Assembly: GCA_002269645.1 (NCBI GenBank)
Contig: NIVC01001076.1
Coordinates: forward strand, 62,001-126,000
Reading direction: 5' to 3'
DNA from: Macrostomum lignano
Lineage: Eukaryota
DNA: 64,000 bases
Made by a program: the position numbers and the translations under genes. Positions 24,508 through 37,784 of this stretch are shown here, piece by piece (position 1 is the first letter of the stretch; each line of letters starts with the position of its first letter). The notes beneath the pieces are model-generated. The model saw nothing but the letters and a program-made list of their open reading frames with translations. It did no database searches and had not been told where the DNA came from.

Positions 24508-25716
24508 ATGCTCCGAGTTCACCCGCTCCGTGTGTACGCACACTGTCGTCGACTATGGTGGCACAGGCTAGCTGCTCGGCAGCTTCTGGCGTCCTTTACA
24601 GTCAGCTGCTTGCTCACCCTGATGATGCTCCGGCAAGCGCAGACCTGGCTGCAAATTGGCTCTGGCGACAGCTCATTAAAGATAAAAGCATCGCAGGTGT
24701 CGAATTCTTTATCCAGCGCTGCGCTGTCAGAGCCAACCTTCTCAGATATGCTGGCTGAGGTCAAGCTGTCTGTAGAACAATCGCTGTACAAATTTGACAG
24801 ACCTGGTCAGCTGCTACCGCTGATGAAGCTTAAAACTGAGTCTGAGAGGCAGCCCAAATGGCGCTCGCGTGTCGCTCGTGATTGGCTAGCCAGCCAACGT
24901 CTGCTGGTGGCAGCCACTATTCGAGACGGCGTTCAAGGCCTACCGTCAAGTCTGGGCAATCTGCGCCGTCTTCGACGACTATTCAACGACTCTAGGCTTT
25001 TGGTTGTCGAGAATGACTCGGTCGACGGAACCCGCGCCTTTCTTGTCGGAGAGGCGCAGCGCGACCTTGGCCTTCGGCTTCTGGGCTGCTCTAGCGAGGC
25101 CAGTCAGCCCTGCCGGCTCGATATTCGCTACTCCAGCGGCCGGGCTCACCTGCCTGGTTCGGCCAGCATGAATCGGAGCGTAGCTGAGGAGATCGACCGC
25201 GGCCTGGTCATGTCCGCGCTCAGGAATATCTACCTGGAGTACGCGTACAGGCACTTTGCTGGCTGGGCTGACTTGCTGCTTGTGATTGACCCGGATGTCA
25301 CCTGGACTCGCTGGAGTCTCGACCGGCTAGTCCAGGGTCTTTACTATTTCAAGACTCGGCCGCTGCTGCAACAGTTGTGCGCCAACACCATCGAAGTTCC
25401 CGAACATCGCCTATTCGACCCTTGCACTTTGACTTTCTTTCTCAACAAGCATTTCGGCGAGGATAGCCGCTATCCAGCTGTTGACTATTACGCGTCGATA
25501 ATGCGTGGACCGGCTGACCTGCCACCAGTGAAAGTTGACAGCTGCTTTCAGGCCTTTGCATTTTATCGTTTCCGCGACCTGGCCAACAATCGGCTTCTGT
25601 ACAGGCGCAGCTCTGGCGAGTGGATGTGTGAGCACAACACACTGTCCAGGCAGTTGCGGGAAGTCTACTTGGACCCGCACATGCAGCTTGAAGTTTTATC
25701 TCACAGTATCAAATAG
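24508..25716 (+). CDS. Intronless type II membrane GT-A fold glycosyltransferase (CAP59/GT69- or GT2-like), ~402 aa
   Basis: ATG at 24508, short basic tail, then signal anchor LLASFTVSCLLTLMML. Motifs TIRD...LLVVENDSVDGT, SALRNIYLEY, LLLVIDPD (DxD), VDSCFQAFAFY and CEH. Confidence 0.8.
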   Translation: MLRVHPLRVYAHCRRLWWHRLAARQLLASFTVSCLLTLMMLRQAQTWLQIGSGDSSLKIKASQVSNSLSSAALSEPTFSDMLAEVKLSVEQSLYKFDRPGQLLPLMKLKTESERQPKWRSRVARDWLASQRLLVAATIRDGVQGLPSSLGNLRRLRRLFNDSRLLVVENDSVDGTRAFLVGEAQRDLGLRLLGCSSEASQPCRLDIRYSSGRAHLPGSASMNRSVAEEIDRGLVMSALRNIYLEYAYRHFAGWADLLLVIDPDVTWTRWSLDRLVQGLYYFKTRPLLQQLCANTIEVPEHRLFDPCTLTFFLNKHFGEDSRYPAVDYYASIMRGPADLPPVKVDSCFQAFAFYRFRDLANNRLLYRRSSGEWMCEHNTLSRQLREVYLDPHMQLEVLSHSIK

Positions 25717-26765
25717 GGCGATTGACGCCAAAGCTCTGAAAGTTCCCATACTGATTTTATCTGTTGCAAATAGCTGAATTTAACTTTAACCATACCTTTT
25801 TACTTCCTATTTGGTTCTTACTGCGTCCCAATTTGTTGCGTTACAATGAGTCCAGCAGAAGTAATAATCACTAAAGACTAAAACGGAAATCACCAGGCAA
25901 TTTGGTTTTTTCGCTATCAATTTGATTTATTTCACGAACATCAAACTCTAAGCCACCAGTCACACATGCATTCACTGTCCTCTGTCCGCCAGAATGATTT
26001 TCTAAGAAATCGATTTCTGCTGTTTATGGCTTTCTATAACATGAGCTATTAGTTGTTATATTTGTTTTGTCTTTGTAAAATCTCTACCACGCTTCCACGT
26101 CACTGTTGATGACCACGCACCAATTTAAATAAAGAAATAACCAAATTTGGCCGCAAAAAGGTGTATATTTTCACAAGCTTCCACTATAATCGACTCTTTC
26201 GTGATTCAGTTTGATTCTGTTTCCGGAGGTCGCGTACTTCCTGTTAGATCATTTTCTGGTAGCTCTAGAATTTTAGTCTGTTGTCTGACACTTGGCCTTT
26301 GGTGGCAGTTCATTCACCTCGGCGGTCTGGTCCCGACATTTGCGAATATTTGCGGCGTCATTGCAAATCAAAACGGTGTTGCTATTGTTTTTCTGAAATA
26401 ATTGATACATGTACATTGAGCTAGACGATTCAGTATTTCAGTTCAGTAGAGGGATGCTGAACGAAACCCGTCAGAGAAACCTTCATACTTTTATTGCAAT
26501 TTCATCTGACTAAACTGGTTCTGCTGTGACGCACGACACTTCTCATTCTTTTGCAGACTCGTCATTACTGCACTGAGTAGCTGTGCTCAGCTGACTCTAA
26601 TCCTAGTTAATTGTTACCTGCATGCTGAAACTGAAGCACGAAGAAACCCTCGCATGATTGATCAAAGTGCGAGCCTGCATAGATAGTGATTAATACGCTC
26701 GTAGTAGCTTATATAAAACTAATGCGCGCCTGTAGTTCCACACTGCAGCTAATGATGAAGCTTTA

Positions 26766-26851
26766 AGATTCGTTCACATCGCCATCGTGTGATCACACGA
26801 CTTTTACATCAAATTTCATTCCTTTGATTTGATGGCAGTGTGAATCGGCCT
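26766..26851. mobile_element. Tiny degenerate PIF/Harbinger-like MITE
   Basis: Imperfect 21-bp TIRs (AGATTCGTTCACATCGCCATC versus AGGCCGATTCACACTGCCATC), TTA on both sides, internal palindrome CGTGTGATCACACG. Confidence 0.45.
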
Positions 26852-28442
26852 TTATACGAGTAACTAATCCCACAAGTTCTCCACCCCAACCTTTTGCAGC
26901 CTTTTTGCTTTTTTCTTTTCATCTTCCTCATCAGTCAGTTTGTATTCTCTGCTGCGTTAGCTTAGCACGAAGAATTGAATTAATGATGCAAGATCGCTAC
27001 TTTCTGGAACGGGGTTCTCTTTAACTCCCTCTCTCTTTATCCCTGCTGCGGACTAACAATTATGAGCTATTAATGGACTGGGTGGCTGCCGAAGTCTTCG
27101 GCCTGGAATTTCAAGTCACTACACCCCGAGCTGTCTTTTTGCTTGATAATTAGGCCAACATGCAGAGACCTTGCCCACATGGCAAAGATTCAAGAGACGA
27201 GAATAACCGAGCACTTTGAGTTTTGAGTCGCTAGAACGCGACTAGCATGCAGCTATATGAGGCGATATCTGCAAATACATTCTGGTCACGCACCTTGTCT
27301 CATTCGATCAGTTTAATTTGACCTGACGACGTGTGAAACATCCTCAAAATCAGTGTTTTCGTCACGCCTGTGCAAGACTCGGGGAGGCTATAGGACGTAT
27401 CATTTTGAAGAGGTGTTGGCTAAGCATGTAGCACGCGCGGGACCGATTGCTACGGTTGCTAGCCGTTTCGGTCTACGGTCGTATACTTTATTAATAGTCC
27501 AAGCTTGTAAAATGCTGCATAGATAACGTGATGTAACTGCTAGCTTAACATGTTATATTACGAATAATTATCTAATATACTTAGATAATATTTTTGTGTG
27601 TACACTACTACAATTAGGCCCGTAAAAGCCTAGGGTCGCGGCAGTCTTCTTTTTACTTTGTTTGATCTTTGTAAAGATGACTGGCCCACTTATGTTTGCC
27701 TAGCTTCTATTTTAGAAAACTTAAATCAAGTTGCGCAACTGCATGATATTTTTGTTTAGATCAATACCTGTTTTTCAACACTCATCTCACCACTCACTAT
27801 AAACCGTTATATAGCATGTAATGGAGGCCACAGCTTCTTTTATACGCGGATTTTGCAAGACTTCAACACAAAAGCTCACAGCTCTTCGCGTGTTGGTCCA
27901 AAGTACCTCTAATAAAAAATTGACATCTATGCTCAAATATGGAAAGTTTTACTAACTCAAGGCTTTCTTTAACGCAGTTTTCTAAAGCTAAATATAATGT
28001 AGGAAATTTTCGAGTACACGAGTCTACATATAAATGAGCTGTTAGAAAGAACATTTTTCATGCTGAAATGATGCTGGAATGTAAACTTTCATGGAGGCTC
28101 ATTTGAGGCAAAAATTGTATGGAATTAAAGGTGCAAAAGTTTTGAAAAGTTTAAAATTTACAACCCCTATTTTTTAATTCCCAGGAAAAAATCTGGCGCA
28201 AATCATGCGTTCTGCGTGCATTTTTTATTTTAGAGGGATGCGCAGATTATTGGGATTTTGAAAGGATTCAGCACGACAAGGTTTTGATGCTATGGTAGTT
28301 AAACTCTGCAGAAATGCTAAGACTACCCCTTTTCCTATTATTTTAACTCTCCTTTCATTCCATCCAGCTTCTACAGATAGTGTGCGGTAGCAGTTGCTGC
28401 CAGAATCCTCAAGTGAAGCAGAGTTGGCCGCGGGTAGCTCCA

Positions 28443-28590
28443 TTTCTCCCTGCTGTGATGGGGCAGCAGTTCTGAGCTCTGCAGTTCTCCCTGCTGTGAT
28501 GGGGCAGCAGTTCTGAGCTCTGCAGTTCTCCCTGCTGTGATGGGGCAGCAGTTCTGAGCTTTGCAGTTCTCCCTGCTGTGATGGAGAAGC
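28443..28590 (+). repeat. 41-bp tandem repeat, ~3.5 copies
   Basis: CTCCCTGCTGTGATGGGGCAGCAGTTCTGAGCTCTGCAGTT repeated. Confidence 0.9.
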
Positions 28591-29684
28591 AGCTCTCAGC
28601 TGCTACTACTGTCTTTCTGAGCAGCTGTTTCAACACATTACCTGTAAACATTTTATAATGCCAAAGGTGCCATCTGCCTGTAGATTACAGGCTGATGAAT
28701 GAGAAATCTATTAGAACAAATTTAGTGTATTGTCAAGAAGTTAATAGTCATTCCAGCTAATCATACTGCTCCGTCTCAAGCAGTCCTGAACTACTGTCAA
28801 TCATTGATCAGCCTTGATCAAGTGCGTTAATTCAGCCAAACAAATTGGCCTAGTAGGCCTTTCAATCATGATTTTCAATGATCATGGAAAGATTTTCATT
28901 GTGCAGCGCATGGTATGTGAGGCTGGGCCATTGTGCTGCTTCCGTTACCACGTGTCCTACACACAGATGCAGCTTCCTACGAAGTATGTTGCCTTGCTCA
29001 CAATGCTTAATTGTAATTAAAATTAATTCAATTATTAATTAGACACTAAGAATTCTTCTGTAAGTCAATAAAACTGTCAGAATGAAAATTGTTTTGCGAA
29101 TTTAAAGTAACCAAGATTATAAATTAATCCATTGCAAATTTGTCAAACCAAGACTGGCTATACAGTCCTTGGATATTCTTATTCCTTCGGGGAGATCAAA
29201 TTGTTCAAGAGATCGGAACGACAGCATGCCGGTCACAGCACTGAAAGACAGAAAGTACAAATTTATTTCAGTTAGTAAGGATTGAAAATCGATCTTATGG
29301 CCGATAAGAATCCTTGCCAGACTGTTGTAGGGCTATCGTTTCTTCACGCTGGTCTGGTCAAAGTGATGAGACTTTTTATGCCATATTAGAAGACTTGCAT
29401 ATCCGTATTCTCAAGAGCTTCGACCAGTTCCTTTATTGATTTCGAATAACTTGAAGCCTGCAGTCTTCAATCCTGCAGGCCTGCGATGCAGTATATTTTA
29501 TTAAATATTATGGAGAAACTGCTTACCGTCAAGGCTATAAAGCCTATTTGATGGATGAGGGGGTGCCGCACAATTTATCAGCTCTTTGAGCATTCAATTC
29601 CGAAAGCAAGTGAGCATTATCTTGAGCATTTAACTCAGTTCAGTGATGCTGCATTCTGTGCACTATGCAGGAGCCACTGCCACA

Positions 29685-30645
29685 TAAATCAGCAGGTGTC
29701 AGATAGAATCAGCAGATGTCAGATAGAATCAGCAGGTGTCGGATAGAATCAGCAGGTGTCAGATAGAATCAGCAGGTGTCGGATAGAATCAGCAGGTGTC
29801 GGATAGAATCAGCAGGTGTCAGATAGAATCAGCAGGTGTCAGATAGAATCAGCAGGTGTCAGATAGAATCAGCAGGTGTCGGATAGAATCAGCAGGTGTC
29901 AGATAGAATCAGCAGGTGTCAGATAGAATCAGCAGGTGTCAGATAGAATCAGCAGATGTCAGATAGAATCAGCAGGTGTCAGATAGAATCAGCAGATGTC
30001 AGATAGAATCAGCAGGTGTCGGATAGAATCAGCAGGTGTCAGATAGAATCAGCAGGTGTCAGATAGAATCAGCAGATGTCAGATAGAATCAGCAGATGTC
30101 AGATAGAATCAGCAGGTGTCGGATAGAATCAGCAGGTGTCAGATAGAATCAGCAGGTGTCGGATAGAATCAGCAGGTGTCGGATAGAATCAGCAGGTGTC
30201 AGATAGAATCAGCAGGTGTCGGATAGAATCAGCAGGTGTCAGATAGAATCAGCAGGTGTCGGATAGAATCAGCAGGTGTCGGATAGAATCAGCAGGTGTC
30301 GGATAGAATCAGCAGGTGTCAGATAGAATCAGCAGGTGTCGGATAGAATCAGCAGGTGTCGGATAGAATCAGCAGGTGTCAGATAGAATCAGCAGGTGTC
30401 GGATAGAATCAGCAGGTGTCAGATAGAATCAGCAGGTGTCAGATAGAATCAGCAGGTGTCGGATAGAATCAGCAGGTGTCAGATATATATAGAATCAGCA
30501 GGTGTCAGATATATATAGAATCAGCAGGTGTCAGATAGAATCAGCAGGTGTCAGATAGAATCAGCAGGTGTCAGATAGAATCAGCAGGTGTCAGATAGAA
30601 TCAGCAGGTGTCGGATAGAATTAGCAGGTGTCGGATAGAATCAGA
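29685..30645 (+). repeat. 20-bp minisatellite (AGATAGAATCAGCAGGTGTC), ~47 copies
   Basis: Highly homogeneous array ending ~340 bp upstream of the neuropeptide ATG. Confidence 0.95.
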
Positions 30646-30983
30646 AAGAGGAAAAGTGCCGTTTGTGCGAGAAAGAAGCATCTGGATTCAGCGATGGAGC
30701 CTAGATGAGCTTTCTGCTTTAATAACTGTGCTCATAAAAGTAGCCCTCCAAATGACATGCTTCACCAGAAAATGATAAGCCAGAGTGAAGTCAGGCAATC
30801 TGAGTTCGTGTTTTCCGTTGATTGGCCTGAGCCTATCGTCGAATCTCGATGGGGATTGGGGGAGGAGGATTCGAACTCGGCAGCTTTATTGAGTAGCTGA
30901 ACCCCAGATCCTCCTCAGACTCGACTATACTCCAGAGAACTGCTCCAGAAACATTTATATCTATCTCAAAATTTGCAATAAAA

Positions 30984-31188
30984 ATGGTTTGCAAAGCAAT
31001 CTTCTGCCTGGCCTTTGCTGCCCTTTGCATTGCCGTCGTGGCCCCGGCTGCCGTCGACGCCGCCGCTGCAGGCGACACCGGCGACTTCCAACTGGGCGGC
31101 CTGGACCGCCGATCTTACGACGATCAGGAGATTCAGGCCCTGTTTGAGCAGTTCTCCAACGCTGAGCGGCTGCGCAAGAGGAAGGCCA
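30984..31188 (+). CDS. Neuropeptide precursor, exon 1 (signal peptide, acidic spacer, RKRK site)
   Basis: AAAATGG start; MVCKAIFCLAFAALCIAVVAPAAVDA is a signal peptide; RR and RKRK basic sites; donor GCCA|GTGAGT (phase 1). Confidence 0.75.
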
Positions 31189-31318
31189 GTGAGTTTGGTC
31201 TAGCGATTGTTCATGCTGAGGGTAACAGATGAAGATACAGGCATTTCTATAGCGGCATTTCCAGCCACCTTTCAGCGGCCTTTCCGGCGAGTTTCAGCGG
31301 CCTTTTTAGCGCCCTGTT

Positions 31319-32159
31319 AAGGGGCGTCGCCATCGATTTTATGGTGGGGGGACAAAGCTAAGAATGCAACACGTACATGACCAAATTCCTAAATTTTCAT
31401 TATTTTGAGAACCGTGTTGTCAGTGCTCATTTTGGCACCGCACATTTTGGCGCCGCAGGCACTCATCTTAGAGCCGCAGGCACTCATTTTAGCGCCGCAG
31501 GCACTCATTTTGGCGCCGCAGGCACTCATTTTAGAGCCGCAGGCACTCAATTTGGCGCCGCAGGCATTCCTTTTTGGCGCCGCAGGCACTCATTTTAGCG
31601 CCGCAGGCACTCATTTTAGAACCGCAGGCACTAGCTCATTTTGGCGCCGCAGGCATTCCTTTTTGGCGCCGCAGGCACTCATTTTAGAACCACAGGCACT
31701 CATTTTGGCGCTGCAGGCATTTTTTTTTGGCGCAGCAGGCACTCATTTTGGCGCTGCAGGCACTCAGTTTGGCGCCGAAGGCACTCATTTTAGAGCCGCA
31801 GGCACTCATTTTAGAGCCGCAGGCACTCATTTTTGAGCCGCAGGCACTCATTTTTGAGCCGCAGGCACTCATTTTAGAGCCGCAGGCACTCATTTTTGAG
31901 CCGCAGGCACTCATTTTAGAGCCGCAGGCACTCATTTTAGAGCCGCAGGCACTCATTTTAGAGCCGCAGGCACTCATTTTAGAGCCGCAGGCACTCATTT
32001 TAGAGCCGCAGGCACTCATTTTGCGCCGAAAGCGCTATATTTTGGCGCCCTGAAGAAACATTATTGTCATAAGAAGTCATAAGGTGGGGTGGGGGGACAA
32101 AGCACTGGCATGTCCCCCATAGCCCACATGTCCCCTGTCCCCCGGTGGCGACGCGCCTG
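31319..32159. mobile_element. hAT-type non-autonomous element with an 8-bp TSD, carrying a 21-bp minisatellite
   Basis: TIRs AAGGGGCGTCGCCATC and GGTGGCGACGCGCCTG. Perfect direct repeat GCCCTGTT at 31311-31318 and 32160-32167. Internal array GCAGGCACTCATTTTAGAGCC at ~31420-32030. Confidence 0.85.
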
Positions 32160-32664
32160 GCCCTGTTGTAAAGCAACCAAAATGCTAAACTGGGTGGTCC
32201 AAACTCGAATCCCTGAGCTTCACTTTAAGATAAAAAGCATGGCCCAAGTTGGGAAAATATTTATAGTGAAGAATGAGTCTGGCGAGACTCAATCTGGTCA
32301 GTGGAAAACTCAAACCGGACATTCCGCTGCCAGCTGCCAGACCTGCTCGACTCTTCTCGCTCTCTCGTGCATTCATCAGTGATTGATATCGTTCTTGAGA
32401 TGCCAGCGCGGGAGGAACTGGCTGCACTTGGATGGGGAGAGTGGAAATTCGACTGAAAAATTCACGTCTCGGATCTCTTCGACTGCCATCTGCTGCGGCA
32501 GGAACGGCCGCGGGGGAGCCGAGGCGAATCTCGGTGATCGAAGCCCGGACACCCCCCCCCCCAGCCCCTACTCATCGCATTCTGGACGGCTCAGTGGGCA
32601 CTCAAAATTCTTTGCGCTAATCGCCTGAGCTGCTTTGAATTTTAATCCCAGGATCAGCGGAACA

Positions 32665-32998
<334 letters not shown>

Positions 32999-33364
32999 CT
33001 AAAACAGCTCCTCCTATCTATCTCCTATTCGTTTGAATGAATAAGCGAAACCTCCCATGAGTGAAATCGATTGCGGTTGGACATCCCCAGGGGCTCCGGT
33101 TTCGGAGACAGTCGATGCTATGCGACCAGCCTTGTAACTGTAATTTCATTATTTGCATCCATCTGCCACCACCTCCTGTCCACCGACATGGCTGCCAGCA
33201 GGAGCTGGGAGGGTGTAAATTGCATTAACAGCTTCATCAAGGCTCTGTAATATGTGCAGCAGCAGCCGGATGTACTGAGCAATAGGCGCCTCCAAGGTGT
33301 TATTAGCGCTCGAAACAATATTGGTTGCTATGATCCACGCTTTGCTTTTATCCCCGTCCGCCAG

Positions 33365-33396
33365 GATTCGGCAGTCGGGTGTTCACGCTCGGCTGA
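33365..33396 (+). CDS. Neuropeptide precursor, exon 2 (C-terminal amidated peptide)
   Basis: Pyrimidine-rich acceptor TTTGCTTTTATCCCCGTCCGCCAG|GA is phase-compatible with exon 1 and gives ...RKRKARFGSRVFTLG*. AATAAA lies near 33594. Confidence 0.65.
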
Positions 33397-33802
33397 CGAG
33401 GCCGGAGAAGAGGATCAGCGGCGCAGCGAACCCGACTGAGTCTGTTCTCCTCTGCGTCTGTAACTACATTATCCCCAAAGCGGAACAAGTGGGAGAGTGC
33501 AAGACCGTACAACTTCTCTCTCTGTGTGTCTGAAAAGATGGAAAAATCATATTCTTTTCTTTTGATAAATACTGACCACAATTCTGTCGGGATAATAAAT
33601 TAAAATATCTTAGCAAGTCTTGCGCTGAACTTGCGCTTTTTGGTATCAGTCTTATTTATTTTTTTAAAGCATTTCCTGCTGAAGTTGATCGAGCTATGTG
33701 AAAATTGAAGCATGAACTTATAGCAAAAACATTGTCCCCAGTAAACTATGCAAGCAAGCAGGCTTCAGAAATGACTAAAATATTGATATCTCTTGCTACA
33801 AA

Positions 33803-33803
33803 C

Positions 33804-33836
<33 letters not shown>

Positions 33837-33837
33837 G

Positions 33838-33872
<35 letters not shown>

Positions 33873-33873
33873 G

Positions 33874-33934
<61 letters not shown>

Positions 33935-34015
33935 GTAAGTAACTAACTAACTGATTAACTAACTAACTAATTAACTAAGTAGCTAGCTAGCTAACTAACT
34001 AACTAACTAATAAAT

Positions 34016-34058
<43 letters not shown>

Positions 34059-34078
34059 TTAACTAACTAAGTAGCTAG

Positions 34079-34133
<55 letters not shown>

Positions 34134-34160
34134 GCTAACTAGCTAACTAACTAACTAAAT
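33803..34160 (+). repeat. (TAAC)n microsatellite
   Basis: Direct inspection. Confidence 0.95.
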
Positions 34161-35009
34161 ACCAGGTAACTAACTAGCTAAGAACTACAAAAAAAAACAA
34201 TCTAATTAACTAGTTTGCGATTACCTAACTTAGCATCAAGCTTCTGAAAAAGTTTGTGAATAAAAAATCGATACAAAATTGAACTGAGAGTTACTGAAAT
34301 AGCTCGTATTGAAGCTGGGAGGTGCTGAAAAAAACAACGAACAATATGAAGGCTATTTCTCTTTTCCTTACAGGCCTCAATATTTTCGCCTTATCTGGAC
34401 AATCTGTGAATGGCTAAATTCATGATTTAGAACGCTATTAAATGATCAACTCCCCAGCGAAATCGCGGCGCTCTGGGATCTCATATTTGCGGCTAAGACA
34501 GCGTCACTCACTGCTGAGAGCACTCTGAGCACTCTCACTCAAGGAGACAATTTAACAAAGTGGGTGGTCCCGTGTGGAAAAAAACAACTGGCCACGATCC
34601 TTCCAATGTTTGCCTTCCAAAAAGCCGAGTGCTCGATGCACCCGCCAGCCAGCCATGTGTAATAGGAGAAAGCTGTTTGAGAAGGGTTGTTTGGGGCAAA
34701 AAAGATCGCATGCAAAATTGATGCACTCCAAGCAGTCCTTGGGGCATGGCTGAGTAAACACAAAAAATTCACCAATCTGTGGCTCCAACAGCACTGCATG
34801 ATTTATCATTTCGGCTTGTGTTTTCTGACGAACTGTAGCTTGAACTCTTGCTGGCAATCTTTAATATGCCAGATTCGATGGGAAGATTGACAGATTCTTA
34901 GAAAATGAGCAACATTCTAAGAAATTGAGCACGATTCTCATATAAAGTTAGATTTAAATAAAATAAACCTATTTTTTTAGAAAAAAGCTGGATTCTTAGA
35001 AAAGCTGTC

Positions 35010-35480
35010 AGATTCTTGGAAAACGAGAAAGATGGATTGTCAGAAAAGCCGTCGGATTCTTGGAAAACGAGAAAGATGGATTGTCAGAAAAGCCGTCGGA
35101 TTCTTGGAAAACGAGAAAGATGGATTGTCAGAAAAGCCGTCGGATTCTTGGAAAACGAGAAAGATGGATTGTCAGAAAAGCCGTCGGATTCTTGGAAAAT
35201 TAGACAGCTGAATTCTTAGAAAAGCCGTCGGATTCTTGGAAAAGGATAAAGATGGATTGTCAGAAAAGCCGTCGGATTCTTGGAAAATTAGACAGCTGAG
35301 TTCTTAGAAAAGCCGTCAGATTCTTGGAAAACGAGAAAGATGGATTGTCAGAAAAGCCGTCGGATTCTTGGAAAATTAGACAGCTGAATTCTTAGAAAAG
35401 CCGTCGGATTCTTGGAAAAGGATAAAGATGGATTATTAGAAAAGACATCGGATTCTTGGAAAAGGAGAAAGCTAGATTCT
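35010..35480 (+). repeat. 44-bp minisatellite with two alternating unit types
   Basis: TTCTTGGAAAACGAGAAAGATGGATTGTCAGAAAAGCCGTCGGA and a TTAGACAGCTGAATTC variant. Confidence 0.9.
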
Positions 35481-35809
35481 CCAGCTCGGGACACTCGTCA
35501 GCAGTTTGTTAATGTAAGAATGTCAAAAAGCAAGTATAAAAGTGCAGACAAGGAAAGGACAGCCGCCGCTTAAAATTGAAGCCTAGAAAAGCAGAAATCC
35601 TCTCTACACAGATCTTTCTTCTTTTCTCTTTAACACCATTCTGTTTTCGTGTATAATACTGCTGCACCAGGCCTGACCTAAAAAAACACTTTCTACACCT
35701 TCACCAGGCCCGCCTGTGGTGCTTTTTTTCAAACGAAGCGCAATAAGAAAGTTGCCGCTTGCTTGCTTGCTTTAGCCACCCTGCGCACCGACATGGGCAC
35801 GGAGGGCCT

Positions 35810-36210
35810 TCAGTAGAATGGTTCTCAGATGATAATCCGCTTTCAGTAGAATGATTCTCAGATGATAATCCGCTTTCAGTAGAATGATTCTCGATCAGAT
35901 GATAATCCGCTTCAGTAGAATGATTCTCAGATGATAATCCGCTTTCAGTAGAGTGATTCTCAGATGATGATCCGCTTCAGCAGAATGATTCTCAGATGAT
36001 AATCTGCTTCAGCAAAATGATTCTCTGATCATAATCCGCTTCAGTAGAATGATTCTCAGATGATAATCCGCTTTCAGTAGAATGATTCTCTGATGATAAT
36101 CCGCTTCAGCAGAATGATTCTCTGATGACAATCCGCTTCAGCAGAATGATTCTCTGATGACAATCCGCTTCAGCAGAATGACTGCCAGGGGATGATCCGC
36201 TTCAACAGAA
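35810..36210 (+). repeat. ~32-bp minisatellite (TTCAGTAGAATGATTCTCAGATGATAATCCGC)
   Basis: About 12 units. Confidence 0.9.
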
Positions 36211-37495
36211 ACTTCCTCAGAGAATTAAATAAATAATTATAGAATAACCCATATTAATAAGACTGTTTTACAAGAAAGCTTCGATCCCTAATAAATAAGA
36301 CAAACTTAAAGCAGAAATCAGTTAAACAAATATAATTTCCAGGAGAAAAAAAAATTACGAGTAAATAACACAAGAGTTGTGTAATGCAAGCCTTGGCGAC
36401 AATGTTTATTAAACAAGCAACTTTACCTATACTCTACATAGCAGCCAAAAGGTCAACTTTGCAAACCAAAACGATTGGTATAAATAATAATTATAATAAA
36501 CTAACTCCACCTACTATAAGTAAATAGCCTAATTCGACAAAGCAATCTATCTTAGCATAAAAAACTGGTTAATATAAGCTTTAAGAATTTACATCTAAAT
36601 CTAGTAAAATTAAGAAAAATGATGACAATATCGCTGTCTGTAATCGTAGATTATTAATTTGTTTCTATGCAAAAATAAGTAATGGAAGCGCAATGAGACA
36701 ATATTTCGCTATATTTGTGACGCATCATAAATTCATAGTGTTAGTAGTAACATTTAGGTATGTAATTGGATTGTGTGCTTTTTGGCAATAGAAAAATTCC
36801 AAATTAATACGAGCGCATAACATACTACTTTAAGCCGGTCCCTGAAGTAGAAAAAAACGATTTTTTGCCTTAAAAAGCATTAATGCCACAGTTAATACAC
36901 TTTTTGACTACTACAAGTAGAATCGTTGAAATCTGAAAGGAAAATTTAGACTCAATTTATAGTATAATATAAAAATCTCAGCAGGTGTTTGTGGCAAGTT
37001 ACTATGCAAAGTTATTAAGTTAGACCTGGCTGATAATTAGAATTGATGCTTGATTCTTATCTTATCTTAACTGCCATCCAAATTCTCGACTCTGACAGCA
37101 GCCATCAGCCTTTACTCGTGACAATAGAAACCAGAGATGTGAGATGTGACACGAGATCTTCACCGAGATGCGGCAGGAAAACACGGCAGCTAAAATGGCT
37201 TTCTAATTGCCAATTTTCTCGTAAATCAGCTGCAGAAAAAGTCTAATGCTTCATATTTCACTGGACTTCAGCTAGGCAATCCAGCTGCAAAATGAATAAA
37301 AAATGTGGCCAAAAAACCTACTTGCCTGATAGAGCTTAAGGCGCAAAATAATGGGGCTGCACAGTGCAAAGAGAACTACTATAACCGCAGACTTGAAACA
37401 CACAGAAACAAGACAGAATTTCTTAGATAGAAAAAAGCAGCTGAGCTAAACTCTGGCTAGGATGCAGGACTGCTCAAGTGAGCTTTAAAGTTCAT

Positions 37496-37761
37496 TCAAC
37501 CAGAGTTGGCTGCGGGGCCGAACACCTCCTGGTAGACGCCGGCCCCGTACTGGTTCAACCGCTGCGGATCTGGTGCCGGATGGCCCACAGGGTTGAAGGC
37601 GGCGCTGAAATCTGGGAAGCCATCTGGCAGACCGGAGGTTGAACACGAGGCCGACAGTCGCTCTACGATGCTGTCAATCATTGCCTCGTTCTGCTTGTGC
37701 ACACCGTCAACGCTTTGCAATGCGTCGAATACTGCTGACAGATCCATGATGCGGCTGAGCG
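37496..37761 (-). CDS. Nuclear receptor exon 7 (LBD helices 10-12, stop)
   Basis: Acceptor CTTCGCAG|CG (phase 1); reads ALSRIMDLSAVFDALQSVDGVHKQNE...VYQEVFG (AF-2-like), then PAANSG*. Confidence 0.75.
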
Positions 37762-37784
37762 CTGCGAAGATGGGGGTGTGAGTG

